Source: Verrucomicrobiota bacterium (GTDB lineage Bacteria; Verrucomicrobiota; Verrucomicrobiia; Limisphaerales; JAIPKD01). From it: DNA of 64,000 bases. The stretch lies in the NCBI GenBank assembly GCA_021733835.1, contig JAIPKD010000006.1, positions 211 through 64,210 on the forward strand. Direction: 5' to 3'. Under the pieces are notes generated by a model. The model was not told the origin of the DNA and did not search any database. It was given only the letters and a program-made list of their open reading frames with translations. Shown here piece by piece: positions 18,596 to 29,469 of this stretch (the first letter of the stretch is position 1; every line of letters begins with the position of its first letter). Position numbers and translations under genes: made by a program.

Positions 18596-19972
18596 TCAGA
18601 CCTCGATGGACTCGCCCGGACCGGGCTCCATTATTTTTATCTTCGGATAACGCCGTTTAATTTGCTCCGCCATCCATGCGCGGGAGTCATCCGAGCCGTG
18701 ACCGAGTACCACTGTAGACGGCGCGACGTGTCCGACGAAGTCAAGGAGGTCGTCGCGGTCGGCATGCGCGGTCAGGTCAAACGAGTCAATTTCGCAGTTA
18801 ACGGTTGCGTCACCGCCGGATTGACTGAAATGGAATGTTTCCCCGTGTTTTGCGGCGCGCAACCGGCCGCCGGGTGTGTCCGGGTCGGTATAACCCACGA
18901 AAAAGATGGCGTGCCGTTCTTCCTGGAGCATTCGCAGGGCGATATCATGGGCGGCGGTCTTCTCCGTAAGCATACCGGCGGTAAGGACGAACAACCTGTT
19001 TTTGGTGAGTTTAATCTTTTCCGTCTGTTTCTTATCGAGCACGGTCAGGTCCAGGTTCTCGTTGAGTATCAGGTTACTGTGATTTCTGTGTGTGCGGTGT
19101 GACTCGAGGTCATAGATTTCAGTGAACACCCTGCCGAGGCCGCCGATGAATACGGGTTGACGTTTGAGACGTCCAGAGCGCATCATTAATGCTAGGACGG
19201 CGAGCATTTCCTGTGTCCTCCCCAAGGCGAAGACGGGGATGAGGACACAGCCCTTGCGTTTGAACACGCGTTGAATGGAATCGATGAGTCGTTCGATCTC
19301 GCGCTCGCGCGTTTGGCCTTCAGGTACCTCGCGACCGCCGCGTGTGGTTTCAAGGATAAGGACGTCCGCCTTGACGTCTTCGAATCTCGCGCCGCGTAAA
19401 ATTGTCTGGTCCTTGAAACAGACGTCGCCCGTATAAAACACGGTCTGTTTGTTCCCGCGTACCATGATTCCGGAAGACCCGAGGGCATGGCCGGCGTCGT
19501 AGAACTCGAGTGTAGGCGATAAAAAGCCCTTGCGTGTTTTATGGAATGCCGCCCATTCTATTTCCCGATTATACTTGAAGCCTTGAAAACGCGGCGCGAT
19601 GTCATCGAGCTCATCGTGTGTGTACAACGGCAGGTCGGTGATACCCAGCTCATCGCGTTGACTTTTCATTACGTTTACCGAGTTATGCAGGATGCGCTCG
19701 ATGAGAAAATAACTCAATTCGGTCATAAGCACATGTGCCCTCGGGAAATAGTCGAGCGCAAGCGGAAGTGAACCGACATGGTCGTGATGACAGTGGCTTA
19801 TTGCTACGGCGTCCAGGTCTTCCCCTTTGATAAGCGAGTATTGAGGGAGGGAGTCGTGACCAATCCGTTTCGGATGTGATCCGGCGTCCATCAGGAGCTT
19901 GTATCCCTCGATATCCACGAACCAACCGCTTGCGCCGATGTCTTTATCATTATTGAGATTTAAAATCCGCAT
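18596..19972 (-). CDS. MBL-fold metallo-hydrolase of the beta-CASP (RNA-metabolising) type
   Basis: HCHHDHVGSLP (HxHxDH) motif. Overall beta-lactamase/beta-CASP layout with late conserved D/H residues (DLTAHADRDDLLDF, VVLGHG). Confidence 0.75.
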   Translation of the reverse strand: MRILNLNNDKDIGASGWFVDIEGYKLLMDAGSHPKRIGHDSLPQYSLIKGEDLDAVAISHCHHDHVGSLPLALDYFPRAHVLMTELSYFLIERILHNSVNVMKSQRDELGITDLPLYTHDELDDIAPRFQGFKYNREIEWAAFHKTRKGFLSPTLEFYDAGHALGSSGIMVRGNKQTVFYTGDVCFKDQTILRGARFEDVKADVLILETTRGGREVPEGQTREREIERLIDSIQRVFKRKGCVLIPVFALGRTQEMLAVLALMMRSGRLKRQPVFIGGLGRVFTEIYDLESHRTHRNHSNLILNENLDLTVLDKKQTEKIKLTKNRLFVLTAGMLTEKTAAHDIALRMLQEERHAIFFVGYTDPDTPGGRLRAAKHGETFHFSQSGGDATVNCEIDSFDLTAHADRDDLLDFVGHVAPSTVVLGHGSDDSRAWMAEQIKRRYPKIKIMEPGPGESIEV

Positions 19973-20200
19973 AACCTCTATTTTAGGTCAATAGACAGAG
20001 TGTGCACACAAAAATTACCGTGTTTATAAATAATTCGTGAACGCATTGAACAAGGCCCGGCCGGATTACGTCTTATAATTAACGGATCGGAAAGGGGATA
20101 AGAAAGGTGTGGAAGCCGATTCTGATGATATAGAAGTGCGTGGTTAGCGATAAGTTGTATTGGTTCGTACTCATTGTTTCCTATAGATTGTTTGGGTTGG

Positions 20201-20243
20201 CAGGCATCCGGTGGTTGGAAGACACCCGGATGCCTGTTTTTTT
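20201..20243 (+). terminator. Rho-independent terminator with no annotated upstream plus-strand gene
   Basis: caggcatccggtg..cacccggatgcctg forms an ~11-13-bp stem followed by TTTTTTT (20237-20243). The minus-strand orientation has no U-tract. Confidence 0.7.
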
Positions 20244-20734
20244 GGCAAGGTTTGTCCGTGTCATAAAAGCAATTGACGCGAGCAAAAATTACGCGAAATC
20301 CCGCGTTATTGCTTGATACGCGAAGGCCCGGCGCGGGTATCTACGATTAAATCGTATGCGCAGTGGTTATGGATCAGCAGTGGTTCAAGTGTTTTTAGGT
20401 TGAAAAAAACCGGATAAATGGGAGAATGATCTGTGTTCGTCCGGCAGGAGGCCTATGGTCTCCGGCATTCGAGCCGGAGTGAATACAAGGCCGAGGGTGA
20501 ATCCATTGGATTTCCGGTTGCGAAAAGAGTTATGCTTTTCAAGGCAGGGGAAAATCTGTTATTAATCCCGGGCGATCATAATTCCCGTTGAATGATGATG
20601 TGCGCGGGTTTTATTGCATGATAACGGATTAATGGTTATACGAATGTTCATAGGGGACTGATTGGGGGCGGCTTTTTTAGAAAAGGTTCAGGCATTACGT
20701 GGTTTAAAACAGAGGTCCTATCCAGGATGTTGAG

Positions 20735-22912
20735 TTGGGAATGAAGACTTTTCTTTTTATTTGTACGGGTAATGTGTGCAGGAGTCCGATGGCGGAGGCG
20801 CTTTTCCGGCGTGCGATTGAAGGCAGGGACGGAATACGGGTTGCTTCGGCGGGCATGGGCGCGGTTTGCGGTATGCCGCCCAGTGAGCATGCCGTCGTTG
20901 CCATGCGTGAACTGGGGCTTGATATAAGGGGGCTTAGCAGCCGGCCGCTTACACATGACCTGGCAATGGATGCGGACTACATCATTGGAATGACGCGGGC
21001 GCATGTGGATGCGGTGGCGTCGATGTATCCGCAGGTGGCGGAGAAGACCTTTTTGCTCCGGGAGTTCGATAGTTCTTTGAAGCCGCATGAACAGGATATA
21101 CAGGACCCGATCGGCGGGGATTATAACGTTTATGTGAACTGTCGTGATCAGATCAGACGAGGCATTGAGATAATGTTAAAATACTTTGATGAGAACGGGA
21201 TGATGGATGTGAGTGATAATGAATCCAAGGAACCTACCTCCATGGTGATCGGAGCCGACCACCGAGGGTACGAGTTAAAGGAAGAGATCAAGAAGCACAG
21301 CGATGAACTCGGTTTGGAATTGACCGATGCCGGCGCTTTTACTGAAGGCAGCAGTGATTATCCGGATACCGCATGGGCGACATGCCGACAGGTGCTCGAT
21401 AAAAAGGCCGATTTCGGTGTGCTGATTTGTTTCACGGGTTTGGGAATGAGTATCGCCGCCAATAAAATCCCCGGCATCCGCGCCGCGCTTGTCTATGATG
21501 AGGAAATGGCGGCGTTGGCCAGAGAGCATAACAATGCGAACATTTTGTGCCTAAGCGCTAAAAGCGTGGATTCAGAAAAAGCGTTGGCCATCATCAATGC
21601 GTATATCGGCGCAGGTTTCGAAGGCGGTAGGCACCAGCGACGTTTAAGCAAGATGTGCGAACTTTCACGCCCCGCGCGCCTGCGCCTGTGGGAGGCTGAT
21701 CAAGATGTGGCCGCCGCCATAGAGTCCGAACGCCGGCGCCAACAGGAAAATATCGAACTCGTGGCCAGCGAAAACTTTACAAGCCCCGCCGTAATGGAAG
21801 CCCAGGGCTCGGTGTTGACCAATAAGTACGCCGAGGGCTATCCGGGTAAACGCTGGTACGGAGGATGCGAGCACATTGACGTAGTTGAGCAATTGGCCAT
21901 TGACAGGGCCAAACAGCTCTTCGGCGCCGAGCATGCAAACGTGCAGCCGCACAGCGGGAGTACGGCGAATATGATCGTCTATTTTGCCGTGCTTAAGCCG
22001 GGCGACACGATTCTGACGATGGACCTTAGCCACGGCGGACACTTGACTCATGGAAACAAGGCGAATTTCTCGGGTAAATTCTTTAACGTAATTCATTATG
22101 GCGTCCGGAAAGAAGACGAGCTTATCGATTATGATCAGCTTGCGCAGACCGCACGTGAGCATAAGCCCAAGATGATCACCGTCGGCGCCAGCGCGTATCC
22201 GCGTGTTATCGATTTTGCTCGGATGTCCGAGATCGCCCGTGAAATCGACGCCTATATGATGGCGGATATCGCGCATATCGCAGGACTCATTGCAGCCGGC
22301 GAGCATCCAAGCCCGGTGCCGCACGCGGATTTTGTCACAACCACAACCCACAAGACGCTGCGTGGCCCGCGCGGCGGACTGGTTTTGTGCCCTGAAAAGT
22401 ATGCGAAAAAAATTGATTCGCAGACATTTCCCGGAATTCAAGGCGGCCCGCTGGAACACGTTATCGCAGGAAAAGCGGTCTGCCTCCAGGAGGCTCTAAA
22501 GCCCGAATTCAAGTCGTATCAGAAGCAAATCCTGAAAAACGCCAAGGCACTGGCGGAGGGATTGACCAAGAACGGTTTCCGTCTGGTCAGCGGCGGAACG
22601 GACAATCACCTGCTACTTGTCGATGTCGGTATGCGCGGCATGACCGGTAAGGAATGTCAAATCGCCTTGGATGAAGCGGGGATTACATTGAATAAGAATG
22701 CGATCCCGTTTGAAACGCGCTCGCCTTTCCAGGCAAGCGGGATAAGGATGGGGACACCCGCAGTCACTACCCGCGGAATGAAGGAACTGGAAATGCTTGC
22801 AATTGCCGATATGATAAGCGAAGTTCTTATGGAAGTCAAAGATGTTGACAAAGCGCGTGTTGTGCGCGAGCGTGTTAAAGAACTAACGGGTAAATTCCCC
22901 TTACCATACTAA
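20735..22912 (+). CDS. glyA: Triple-fusion protein: LMW protein-tyrosine/arginine phosphatase + ribose-5-phosphate isomerase B + serine hydroxymethyltransferase
   Basis: A single uninterrupted 725-aa frame. aa 1-155 carry [12 protein letters not shown] (the CX5R(S/T) P-loop) and the DP loop DIQDPIGG. aa ~170-315 are RpiB-like ([38 protein letters not shown]). aa ~315-725 are SHMT ([51 protein letters not shown]). Confidence 0.85.
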   Translation: MGMKTFLFICTGNVCRSPMAEALFRRAIEGRDGIRVASAGMGAVCGMPPSEHAVVAMRELGLDIRGLSSRPLTHDLAMDADYIIGMTRAHVDAVASMYPQVAEKTFLLREFDSSLKPHEQDIQDPIGGDYNVYVNCRDQIRRGIEIMLKYFDENGMMDVSDNESKEPTSMVIGADHRGYELKEEIKKHSDELGLELTDAGAFTEGSSDYPDTAWATCRQVLDKKADFGVLICFTGLGMSIAANKIPGIRAALVYDEEMAALAREHNNANILCLSAKSVDSEKALAIINAYIGAGFEGGRHQRRLSKMCELSRPARLRLWEADQDVAAAIESERRRQQENIELVASENFTSPAVMEAQGSVLTNKYAEGYPGKRWYGGCEHIDVVEQLAIDRAKQLFGAEHANVQPHSGSTANMIVYFAVLKPGDTILTMDLSHGGHLTHGNKANFSGKFFNVIHYGVRKEDELIDYDQLAQTAREHKPKMITVGASAYPRVIDFARMSEIAREIDAYMMADIAHIAGLIAAGEHPSPVPHADFVTTTTHKTLRGPRGGLVLCPEKYAKKIDSQTFPGIQGGPLEHVIAGKAVCLQEALKPEFKSYQKQILKNAKALAEGLTKNGFRLVSGGTDNHLLLVDVGMRGMTGKECQIALDEAGITLNKNAIPFETRSPFQASGIRMGTPAVTTRGMKELEMLAIADMISEVLMEVKDVDKARVVRERVKELTGKFPLPY

Positions 22913-23088
22913 TTAATTGAATTTTTAAATGACCGGCGGCGTCTATCAAAAAAATCCCTGCCGAATGGGATGGCTGACAGGGAATGAACCCTATCAATCC
23001 GGAGACTACCCGGCAGTGTCATTAGACTGATACCCGGCCCTGCCTATCTATTTTACTAACCGGTACTTAATATCACTCATTTGGATTT

Positions 23089-24660
23089 ATGCCTAGAACT
23101 AAGAAGAAGAAAAAGAGCGCAAAAACAAAAACATCTGATCCTGAAGAAAATAAAAAGAACATTGAGGAGGTCGAAATGTTGAATTCGGCTGATAACAATC
23201 AAAACGCAAATAACTCTTCTACAACAGCCAAACAGCCCACTAAGCGGAAGAAGAAGAAATCAAAAAAGGGCGCATCGAAGAAAAACAGTCAGGGGCCGGG
23301 ACGTGCCGAGAGCGTAGACACCGAAGCATCCGGACAACAGACTATTTTACCCGGGGAAGTGGAAGAGGTTATTCCGCCTACCGCAATCGAATCCTCGATC
23401 CACGCCATAAACATCGCCAAGCTCCAGTCAATGGGCATGCACGAGCTCAATAGGATCGCCAAGGAGTTCGGGATCGAGAACTACGGAACCCTCAAGAAAC
23501 ACGAGGTCATATTTCAAATTCTCCAAAGGAACGCGGAGCGCAGCGGCATAATGTTCTCTGAGGGAGTTCTTGAGGTGCTTTCCGAAGGGTATGGATTCTT
23601 GAGGTCTCAAAGCTTCAATTACTTGCCGGGCCCTGAGGATATCTATGTTTCACCTTCTCAAATACGCCGGTTTAACCTCCAGACGGGGAACCGTGTAGCA
23701 GGACAAATACGGCCGCCGAAGGAAAAGGAACGCTTCTTCGCGCTTCTCAAGATCGAGGCGATTGATAAGGAGGACCCGGACAAGGCCAAGGATAAGATAC
23801 ATTTCGATAATCTGACTCCGTTATTCCCCGAAGAACGCTTTATCCTTGAAACCGCAAAAGAGGAGTTGTCAACGCGCGTGCTTGATTTGGTCTGTCCGAT
23901 CGGTAAAGGCACCCGCGGTCTAATCGTAGCGCCGCCGCGGACGGGCAAGACGATTCTCATGCAGAAGCTCGCCAACGCGATTTTGAAAAACAATCCCGAG
24001 GTATACCTCATTATTCTTCTCATAGACGAGCGCCCCGAGGAGGTTACCGATATGGAGCGCACCTGTCAGCCCGCCGAGGTGGTCAGTTCCACATTCGACG
24101 AACCGCCCGAACGCCACACACAAGTGGCGGAAATGGTCATCGAGAAGGCCAAGCGCATGGTTGAGCATAAGAAGGATGTGGTGATCCTGCTCGACTCGAT
24201 CACACGTCTTGCACGTGCATATAATACCGTCCAACCGCATTCTGGTAAGATTCTATCCGGTGGTGTCGACGCGAACGCGCTGCACAAACCGAAACGTTTC
24301 TTCGGCGCTGCCCGGAATATCGAGGAGGGCGGATCGCTCACCATAATCGCCACTGCATTGATCGATACCGGCTCACGCATGGACGAGGTTATCTTCGAGG
24401 AGTTTAAAGGCACCGGTAACATGGAGGTGAACCTTGACAGGCATCTGGTCGACCGACGCATCTTCCCATCGATCAATATCGAGCTTTCAGGTACGCGGAA
24501 GGAAGAGTTGCTTTATCATCCGGATGAGTTTGATCGTGTTGTCATGCTCCGTCGCGCGCTTACGGGCGTTCCGCCCGTCGAGGCGATGGAGTTGCTATTG
24601 AAGAGACTCAAGAAGACGGAGAGCAATATCGAATTTTTGCTCACGATGAGCGTTAAGTGA
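23089..24660 (+). CDS. rho: Transcription termination factor Rho with a Lys-rich N-terminal extension
   Basis: RNA-binding region ([33 protein letters not shown]). Walker [19 protein letters not shown]-terminal [17 protein letters not shown]. The first ~95 aa are K/N/S-rich low complexity. Confidence 0.95.
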   Translation: MPRTKKKKKSAKTKTSDPEENKKNIEEVEMLNSADNNQNANNSSTTAKQPTKRKKKKSKKGASKKNSQGPGRAESVDTEASGQQTILPGEVEEVIPPTAIESSIHAINIAKLQSMGMHELNRIAKEFGIENYGTLKKHEVIFQILQRNAERSGIMFSEGVLEVLSEGYGFLRSQSFNYLPGPEDIYVSPSQIRRFNLQTGNRVAGQIRPPKEKERFFALLKIEAIDKEDPDKAKDKIHFDNLTPLFPEERFILETAKEELSTRVLDLVCPIGKGTRGLIVAPPRTGKTILMQKLANAILKNNPEVYLIILLIDERPEEVTDMERTCQPAEVVSSTFDEPPERHTQVAEMVIEKAKRMVEHKKDVVILLDSITRLARAYNTVQPHSGKILSGGVDANALHKPKRFFGAARNIEEGGSLTIIATALIDTGSRMDEVIFEEFKGTGNMEVNLDRHLVDRRIFPSINIELSGTRKEELLYHPDEFDRVVMLRRALTGVPPVEAMELLLKRLKKTESNIEFLLTMSVK

Positions 24661-24661
24661 T

Positions 24662-25972
24662 ATGATCGAACGTTATTCGCGACCTGAAATGCGGGCCGTC
24701 TGGACGGAGCGGCGTAAGCTCGAAATATGGCTTAATATCGAGCTGCTCGCCGCCGAGGCGTTGTGTCGTGAGGACGTGGTGCCGGAGGACGAGTTTAAAC
24801 AAATCCGGGAACGTGCCGCTTTCGATATCGAACGTTGTTACGAACTGGAAAAGACACTACACCACGATGTCGTGGCCTTTACCACGAACGTCTCGGAAAA
24901 TATAGGCAAGCCGGCCAGCCGCTGGCTGCACTTCGGCCTTACCAGCAGCGATATAATCGATACGGCCTTCGCCGTTCAAATGGTCGAGGCCGTGGATATC
25001 CTGATCAAGGACGTCGAGGAACTGCGGACGGTCATAGCCGCCAAGGCTAGGGAACACAAATACACGCCGATGATCGGGCGGAGCCACGGTATCCACGCCG
25101 AACCGACTACATTCGGTCTCAAGATGGCGCTGATGTACGACGAGTTCGGACGCGGCATCGAGCGATTGCAGTCCGCGCGCCGCCGTGTCGCAACGGGTAA
25201 GCTTTCGGGCGCAGTGGGTACGAGCGCACACCTGTCGCCGTCGGTCGAGGAGTATGTCTGTCGAAACCTCGGCCTGGAGCCGGCCGTGATAGCCACGCAA
25301 GTAGTACAGCGTGATATCCATGCGGAGTTTATTGCCGCCCTTGCATTAGTCGCCGCCGGGATCGAACGTTGGGCGGTAGAATTCAGGCACTTACAGCGCA
25401 CCGAGGTTCTCGAGGTCGAAGAGTTTTTCTCCAAGGGACAAAAAGGCTCGAGCGCAATGCCGCACAAGCGGAATCCGATCACGAGCGAACGCTTGTCGGG
25501 CTTATCCCGGGTTATACGCTCCAACCTCGTCGCCGCACTGGAAAACGTCGCCCTCTGGCATGAGCGTGATATCAGTCATAGCTCGGTAGAGCGGATCATC
25601 TTTCCTGATTCCTGCATATTACTCGATTACATGCTCGACCTGTTGAAACGGCTTACCGGAAACCTGATTGTCTACCCCGAGAATATGAAGAGGAACCTCG
25701 GACTTTCACTCGGTCTCTGGCATTCACAGACCGTCCTGCTGGCGTTGATCCAAAAAGGATTGAGCCGCGAAGAAGCCTATGGGCTCGTCCAGAAGAATGC
25801 CATGAAGACGTGGGAGGCCAGGCACGAGGGCAGGGAAACGGGCTTGAAATCGCAACTTCTTGAAGACCCGGAAGTACGCGGTATCCTTTCCGCGGACGAG
25901 CTGCAACAACTCTGCAATATGGATGCGCATTTCAAGGAAGTCGATTCGAAGTTCAAGAAGCTCGGTTTGTAA
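24662..25972 (+). CDS. purB: Adenylosuccinate lyase
   Basis: [16 protein letters not shown].. N-terminus, the [10 protein letters not shown] signature loop, and a 436-aa length typical of PurB. Confidence 0.95.
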   Translation: MIERYSRPEMRAVWTERRKLEIWLNIELLAAEALCREDVVPEDEFKQIRERAAFDIERCYELEKTLHHDVVAFTTNVSENIGKPASRWLHFGLTSSDIIDTAFAVQMVEAVDILIKDVEELRTVIAAKAREHKYTPMIGRSHGIHAEPTTFGLKMALMYDEFGRGIERLQSARRRVATGKLSGAVGTSAHLSPSVEEYVCRNLGLEPAVIATQVVQRDIHAEFIAALALVAAGIERWAVEFRHLQRTEVLEVEEFFSKGQKGSSAMPHKRNPITSERLSGLSRVIRSNLVAALENVALWHERDISHSSVERIIFPDSCILLDYMLDLLKRLTGNLIVYPENMKRNLGLSLGLWHSQTVLLALIQKGLSREEAYGLVQKNAMKTWEARHEGRETGLKSQLLEDPEVRGILSADELQQLCNMDAHFKEVDSKFKKLGL

Positions 25973-26018
25973 TCTGCGTAACTATTTCCGGCGAGCGCCG
26001 GTGATTATGCACACGTGT

Positions 26019-26711
26019 TTAATCGTATGTAATTTCGCCCATACGCCGTTGAAGTTCGGATAGTGCGGTCTCGCGCTCTTCGACGCCCGCGTCCCGTGGG
26101 ACGCGCATCGGTTCGCTCAGGTAAACGGTGCATACAGAGAAGGGCAACGGTACCTGGAACTTGTCCCAGCTCTTCAATTCAATCTTCCTGTTCAAATGAT
26201 ACGACACCGGTACGATGGGGTAACCGGTGACTTGCGCCAGCCATATCACGCCGTCCTGGACAACGTACCTCGGACCGCGCGGGCCGTCGGGGGTAATGGC
26301 CAAGTTACAACCTTTCCTGCCGTGATTGGTCAATTCGCGCAAGGCCTGCGGCCCGCGTCTGCTGGTCGAACCCCGAACCGCGTCGAATCCAAAACGCCGG
26401 AGTACATCGGACAAGAAGCCACCGTCACGACTTGCGCTGACCAGTGCGGCCATTCGGCGTTCGGGCTGTCGTTTTCTAATGTAACTACGATAAATGATCG
26501 CGCATAGCGCCAGCCTGTTGTGCCAGATACTGAAGATAATCGGTTGTTTATTCTTCTCATTAATAATGCCGGAGCTGTCGATCCAGCGGAACCTGATCGT
26601 TAACGCCACCAATCGTATAAGGGCATAAACGAGGAATGCCTTGATCCGGCCTGGGATCGATACTGCATGCGGCTTGCGGTGCACGATTGGTTTGGAGGCG
26701 GTTCGGCTCAT
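26019..26711 (-). CDS. DUF374-type lysophospholipid acyltransferase-like protein
   Basis: IFSIWHNRL..LVSASRDGGFLSDVLRRFGFDAVRGSTSRRGPQAL..LAITPDGPRGPRY matches the DUF374 family. The start is placed at the ATG that forms an ATGA overlap with the ruvA stop; the longest ORF begins at 26729. Confidence 0.7.
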   Translation of the reverse strand: MSRTASKPIVHRKPHAVSIPGRIKAFLVYALIRLVALTIRFRWIDSSGIINEKNKQPIIFSIWHNRLALCAIIYRSYIRKRQPERRMAALVSASRDGGFLSDVLRRFGFDAVRGSTSRRGPQALRELTNHGRKGCNLAITPDGPRGPRYVVQDGVIWLAQVTGYPIVPVSYHLNRKIELKSWDKFQVPLPFSVCTVYLSEPMRVPRDAGVEERETALSELQRRMGEITYD

Positions 26712-27313
26712 TTGCCCTTCTTTAGACATGCGCGTACCAGTTCTTCCAAGGAGGCCTCAGGGCCGAGCATGGTCTTGGCCTGCTTGACGGCGTTTATGGC
26801 ATCGTTCTGCTTGAAGTCCATTGCGATCAATGCGCGGATGGCGTCCGAGGTCTTTTGATCCTCCGGCGTGAGTTCACGCGTGGCGCTGACCGATTCCCAT
26901 TCGGCGGCGTCACCGAATTTGTCCTTGAGTTCGACCACAATACGTTCGGCGGTTTTCTTGCCCAGACCGGAGATTTGTGAAAGGGCCTTCACGTCGCTGC
27001 GCGAAACGGCGCCGCGGAACACGGTGGCGGTCATTCCGCTGAGTATGTTCAGTGCGATCTTCGGGCCTACGCCGCTGACGGAATTAATTAACAGCTTGAA
27101 CAAGGCGCGTTCCTCCTGGGAGGTGAATCCGTAGAGCACTTGTGTGTCTTCGCGTATCGAAAGGTGTGTAAACAGGCGAACTTCACTGCCGGGGGCGGGG
27201 AGTGTGTTGTAAGAAGACAGCGGTATTAGGAGTTCGTAACCAACGCCGTGTACGTCCACGACTATCTTTGTCGGGATCGCCTCAGTAAGTTTACCTTGGA
27301 TTGTCGATATCAT
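26708..27313 (-). CDS. ruvA: Holliday junction branch-migration complex subunit RuvA
   Basis: MISTIQGKL..VVDVHGVGYELLIP..LFTHLSIREDTQVLYGF..LISVSGVGPKIAL is canonical RuvA. Confidence 0.95.
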   Translation of the reverse strand: MISTIQGKLTEAIPTKIVVDVHGVGYELLIPLSSYNTLPAPGSEVRLFTHLSIREDTQVLYGFTSQEERALFKLLINSVSGVGPKIALNILSGMTATVFRGAVSRSDVKALSQISGLGKKTAERIVVELKDKFGDAAEWESVSATRELTPEDQKTSDAIRALIAMDFKQNDAINAVKQAKTMLGPEASLEELVRACLKKGK

Positions 27314-27921
27314 ATTCGAGTTTGATTTGATATGTCGGGCATGGAAGTCTTCAATTGCCCAGCGAACGCGATCGCCAGGGCCAACGCATCCGCGGCATCG
27401 GCGGCCGGAACCTTATCGAGACAAAGTAGTTCCCTGACCATTTTTGCGACCGCCTGTTTTTGCGCGGCGCCGTATCCTACCACAGCGCGCTTGACCTTGC
27501 GCGGAGAAAACTCGTAGATATCGAGTCCGGCCTCCGCGGCCGCGAGCAGACAGACGCCCCTGGCTTCGCCCATCAGCAAAGCAGTTTGTTTGTTCTGCGC
27601 GTAAAAGATGGCCTCGATCACGCATACAGTGGGTTTGTATTCGTGGATTACACGCTTGAGCGTGTCGGCGGTCTTGACCAGGCAGCGGGACTTCGGCCAC
27701 TTGGCCGGGCACTTAATAGTATCAAAGACCAACGCCCGCGGATGCGGGTGTTCTATGTGTATCACACCGAAACCGGTGCCGCGTAAAGACGGGTCGATGC
27801 CGATTACGACCTCCGGCTTGTGTGTCGACGAAGACGCGGGTGCGGTCGAGCCGCGGCTTCGCGGTCTTGGTTGTTCCATCCGGTTTGTCAGCCGGGCAAG
27901 CTGAGCTTGACTGATTCCCAC
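27310..27921 (-). CDS. ruvC: Crossover junction endodeoxyribonuclease RuvC (start codon uncertain; possible N-terminal extension)
   Basis: VIGIDPSLRGTGFGVI..VIEAIFYAQNKQTALLMGEARGV..DAADALALAI are the RuvC catalytic blocks. ATGA overlap with the ruvA start. Confidence 0.9.
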   Translation of the reverse strand: MGISQAQLARLTNRMEQPRPRSRGSTAPASSSTHKPEVVIGIDPSLRGTGFGVIHIEHPHPRALVFDTIKCPAKWPKSRCLVKTADTLKRVIHEYKPTVCVIEAIFYAQNKQTALLMGEARGVCLLAAAEAGLDIYEFSPRKVKRAVVGYGAAQKQAVAKMVRELLCLDKVPAADAADALALAIAFAGQLKTSMPDISNQTRI

Positions 27922-28061
27922 GATTGTATACTGCCGGAACGCCGCCGTTTAAAAAAGCAAAAAGGTGGTAGCAGAATATATCTTCACATGAAAAACGGCC
28001 CTGCCATGAGGGCCGCTTCTCGAAGGCGCTCTTAAATCATGCATTTTGCGCCGATACTGTG

Positions 28062-29282
28062 TTACTTTCTCAAGTCTATACACACCAGTTTGTTCATAGC
28101 CCGGCAATAGAGTAAGCCGTTAGCTAATGTAGGCGAAGCCCACGTGTCGCGCTCATCCGATATATCCATACCGCCGAGCTCGTTAACTCCGTCGGGCGAT
28201 AACTCGGCAACAGCAATCCTGGCGCGATCGCTGTACACAAGAAACTTGTCGCCCGCGAGGATCAGCGAGCCTTTGCCGTAGTCGCCGTTGTCCCAAATCT
28301 CCTCGCCGGTTTCCCAGTCGAGGCATTTGAGTTTATCTTCGTCGAATCCATAAATGAATCCGTCCTTAACGACGCAGCTATTCACATGATTGCGCATGTT
28401 CCTGTTTTGCCAAATCTCTTTCGGCGGGGAAGTCGAAATATCAATGAGCGCGCAACCGGTGCCGTATCCGGAGGAAACGAAGAGCTTTCCGTTCTTCACG
28501 ATCGGTGTGGCGGCGTTGACGCCGTATTTGGTTGTCCATGGGTAACTCCAGAGCACTTCGCCGTTGGATAACTTATGCCCAGTCAAGCCCTCGGCGGTCA
28601 ACATAACAACGCATTCGACGCCGTCCTGTGTTATGGAGATCGGCGAGGAATATGCCGCCGGCGCCTCGCCCGCCTGCCAAACGATCTTGCCGTTCATCTT
28701 ATTGAATGCGACGACGGACGGATCGGGCGCGCCGACTTCGGTAATAATCAGGTCGCCTTTGATAAGCGGCGAACCCGAGTACCCCCATCGCGGCGGCTTT
28801 GCGCCGAAGTCGTCCGCGAATTCATTCGACCAGATTACCGTGCCGTCCTCGGCGTCGAAGCAGAAGAACTCGCCCTCGCGGCCGAGTGTGTAAACCCGGT
28901 TGCCGTCTATAGTAGGCGTGCATCGGGTGCCCGGACGTCCCATGCTCGAGGGCTGAGCAATACATGGATAGCTGTGCGACCAGATTTGTTCGCCTGTCTC
29001 CGCATCAAGGCAGAGAACATAGTCTACATCATCCTTGTTGCCCATCGTGTAGAGGCGTCCGTTGCTGATTGACGCGCTCGAGTAGCCTTTGCCGACGTCG
29101 GCTTCCCACAGGATATCCGGTCCGTCTTTAGGCCACTGAACCAACCAACCGGTCTCGGCGGTTTTTCCCGTCCGCTCCGGACCGCGCCATTGAGGCCAAT
29201 CGCCGCTTTGGACGATAGCCGTCGATATTAATAACGCACATATCGAACTGCAAAGAATCCGTAAATTTGTATAAGGTTTCAT
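28062..29282 (-). CDS. Secreted PQQ-like (BamB-type) beta-propeller repeat protein
   Basis: Signal peptide, then DWPQWRGPERTGK followed by repeated W/G propeller-blade motifs. Confidence 0.75.
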   Translation of the reverse strand: MKPYTNLRILCSSICALLISTAIVQSGDWPQWRGPERTGKTAETGWLVQWPKDGPDILWEADVGKGYSSASISNGRLYTMGNKDDVDYVLCLDAETGEQIWSHSYPCIAQPSSMGRPGTRCTPTIDGNRVYTLGREGEFFCFDAEDGTVIWSNEFADDFGAKPPRWGYSGSPLIKGDLIITEVGAPDPSVVAFNKMNGKIVWQAGEAPAAYSSPISITQDGVECVVMLTAEGLTGHKLSNGEVLWSYPWTTKYGVNAATPIVKNGKLFVSSGYGTGCALIDISTSPPKEIWQNRNMRNHVNSCVVKDGFIYGFDEDKLKCLDWETGEEIWDNGDYGKGSLILAGDKFLVYSDRARIAVAELSPDGVNELGGMDISDERDTWASPTLANGLLYCRAMNKLVCIDLRK

Positions 29283-29469
29283 ATGTTCACCATAGGTTTT
29301 TGGAGTTTACAATAGCAGGATAATCGAACAATCGAGTAAGTCAATAATGGTTGGATTTCTTTTAAGGAATTCGGATATGGCCATTTATTTGTTCGGATAA
29401 CGGGGGAAACCAGGTATCCTCGGATAAGTTGATAGTAAAACGACAACCGATAGTTAAAGGACGGAGAAT

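Noticed and set aside
20290-20734. Possible riboswitch (glycine, ZTP/pfl or THF) in the leader of the SHMT-containing fusion gene.
   Set aside because: I could not find the conserved core sequences of these classes by eye. It is left only as a suggestion for a covariance-model scan, not as a feature.
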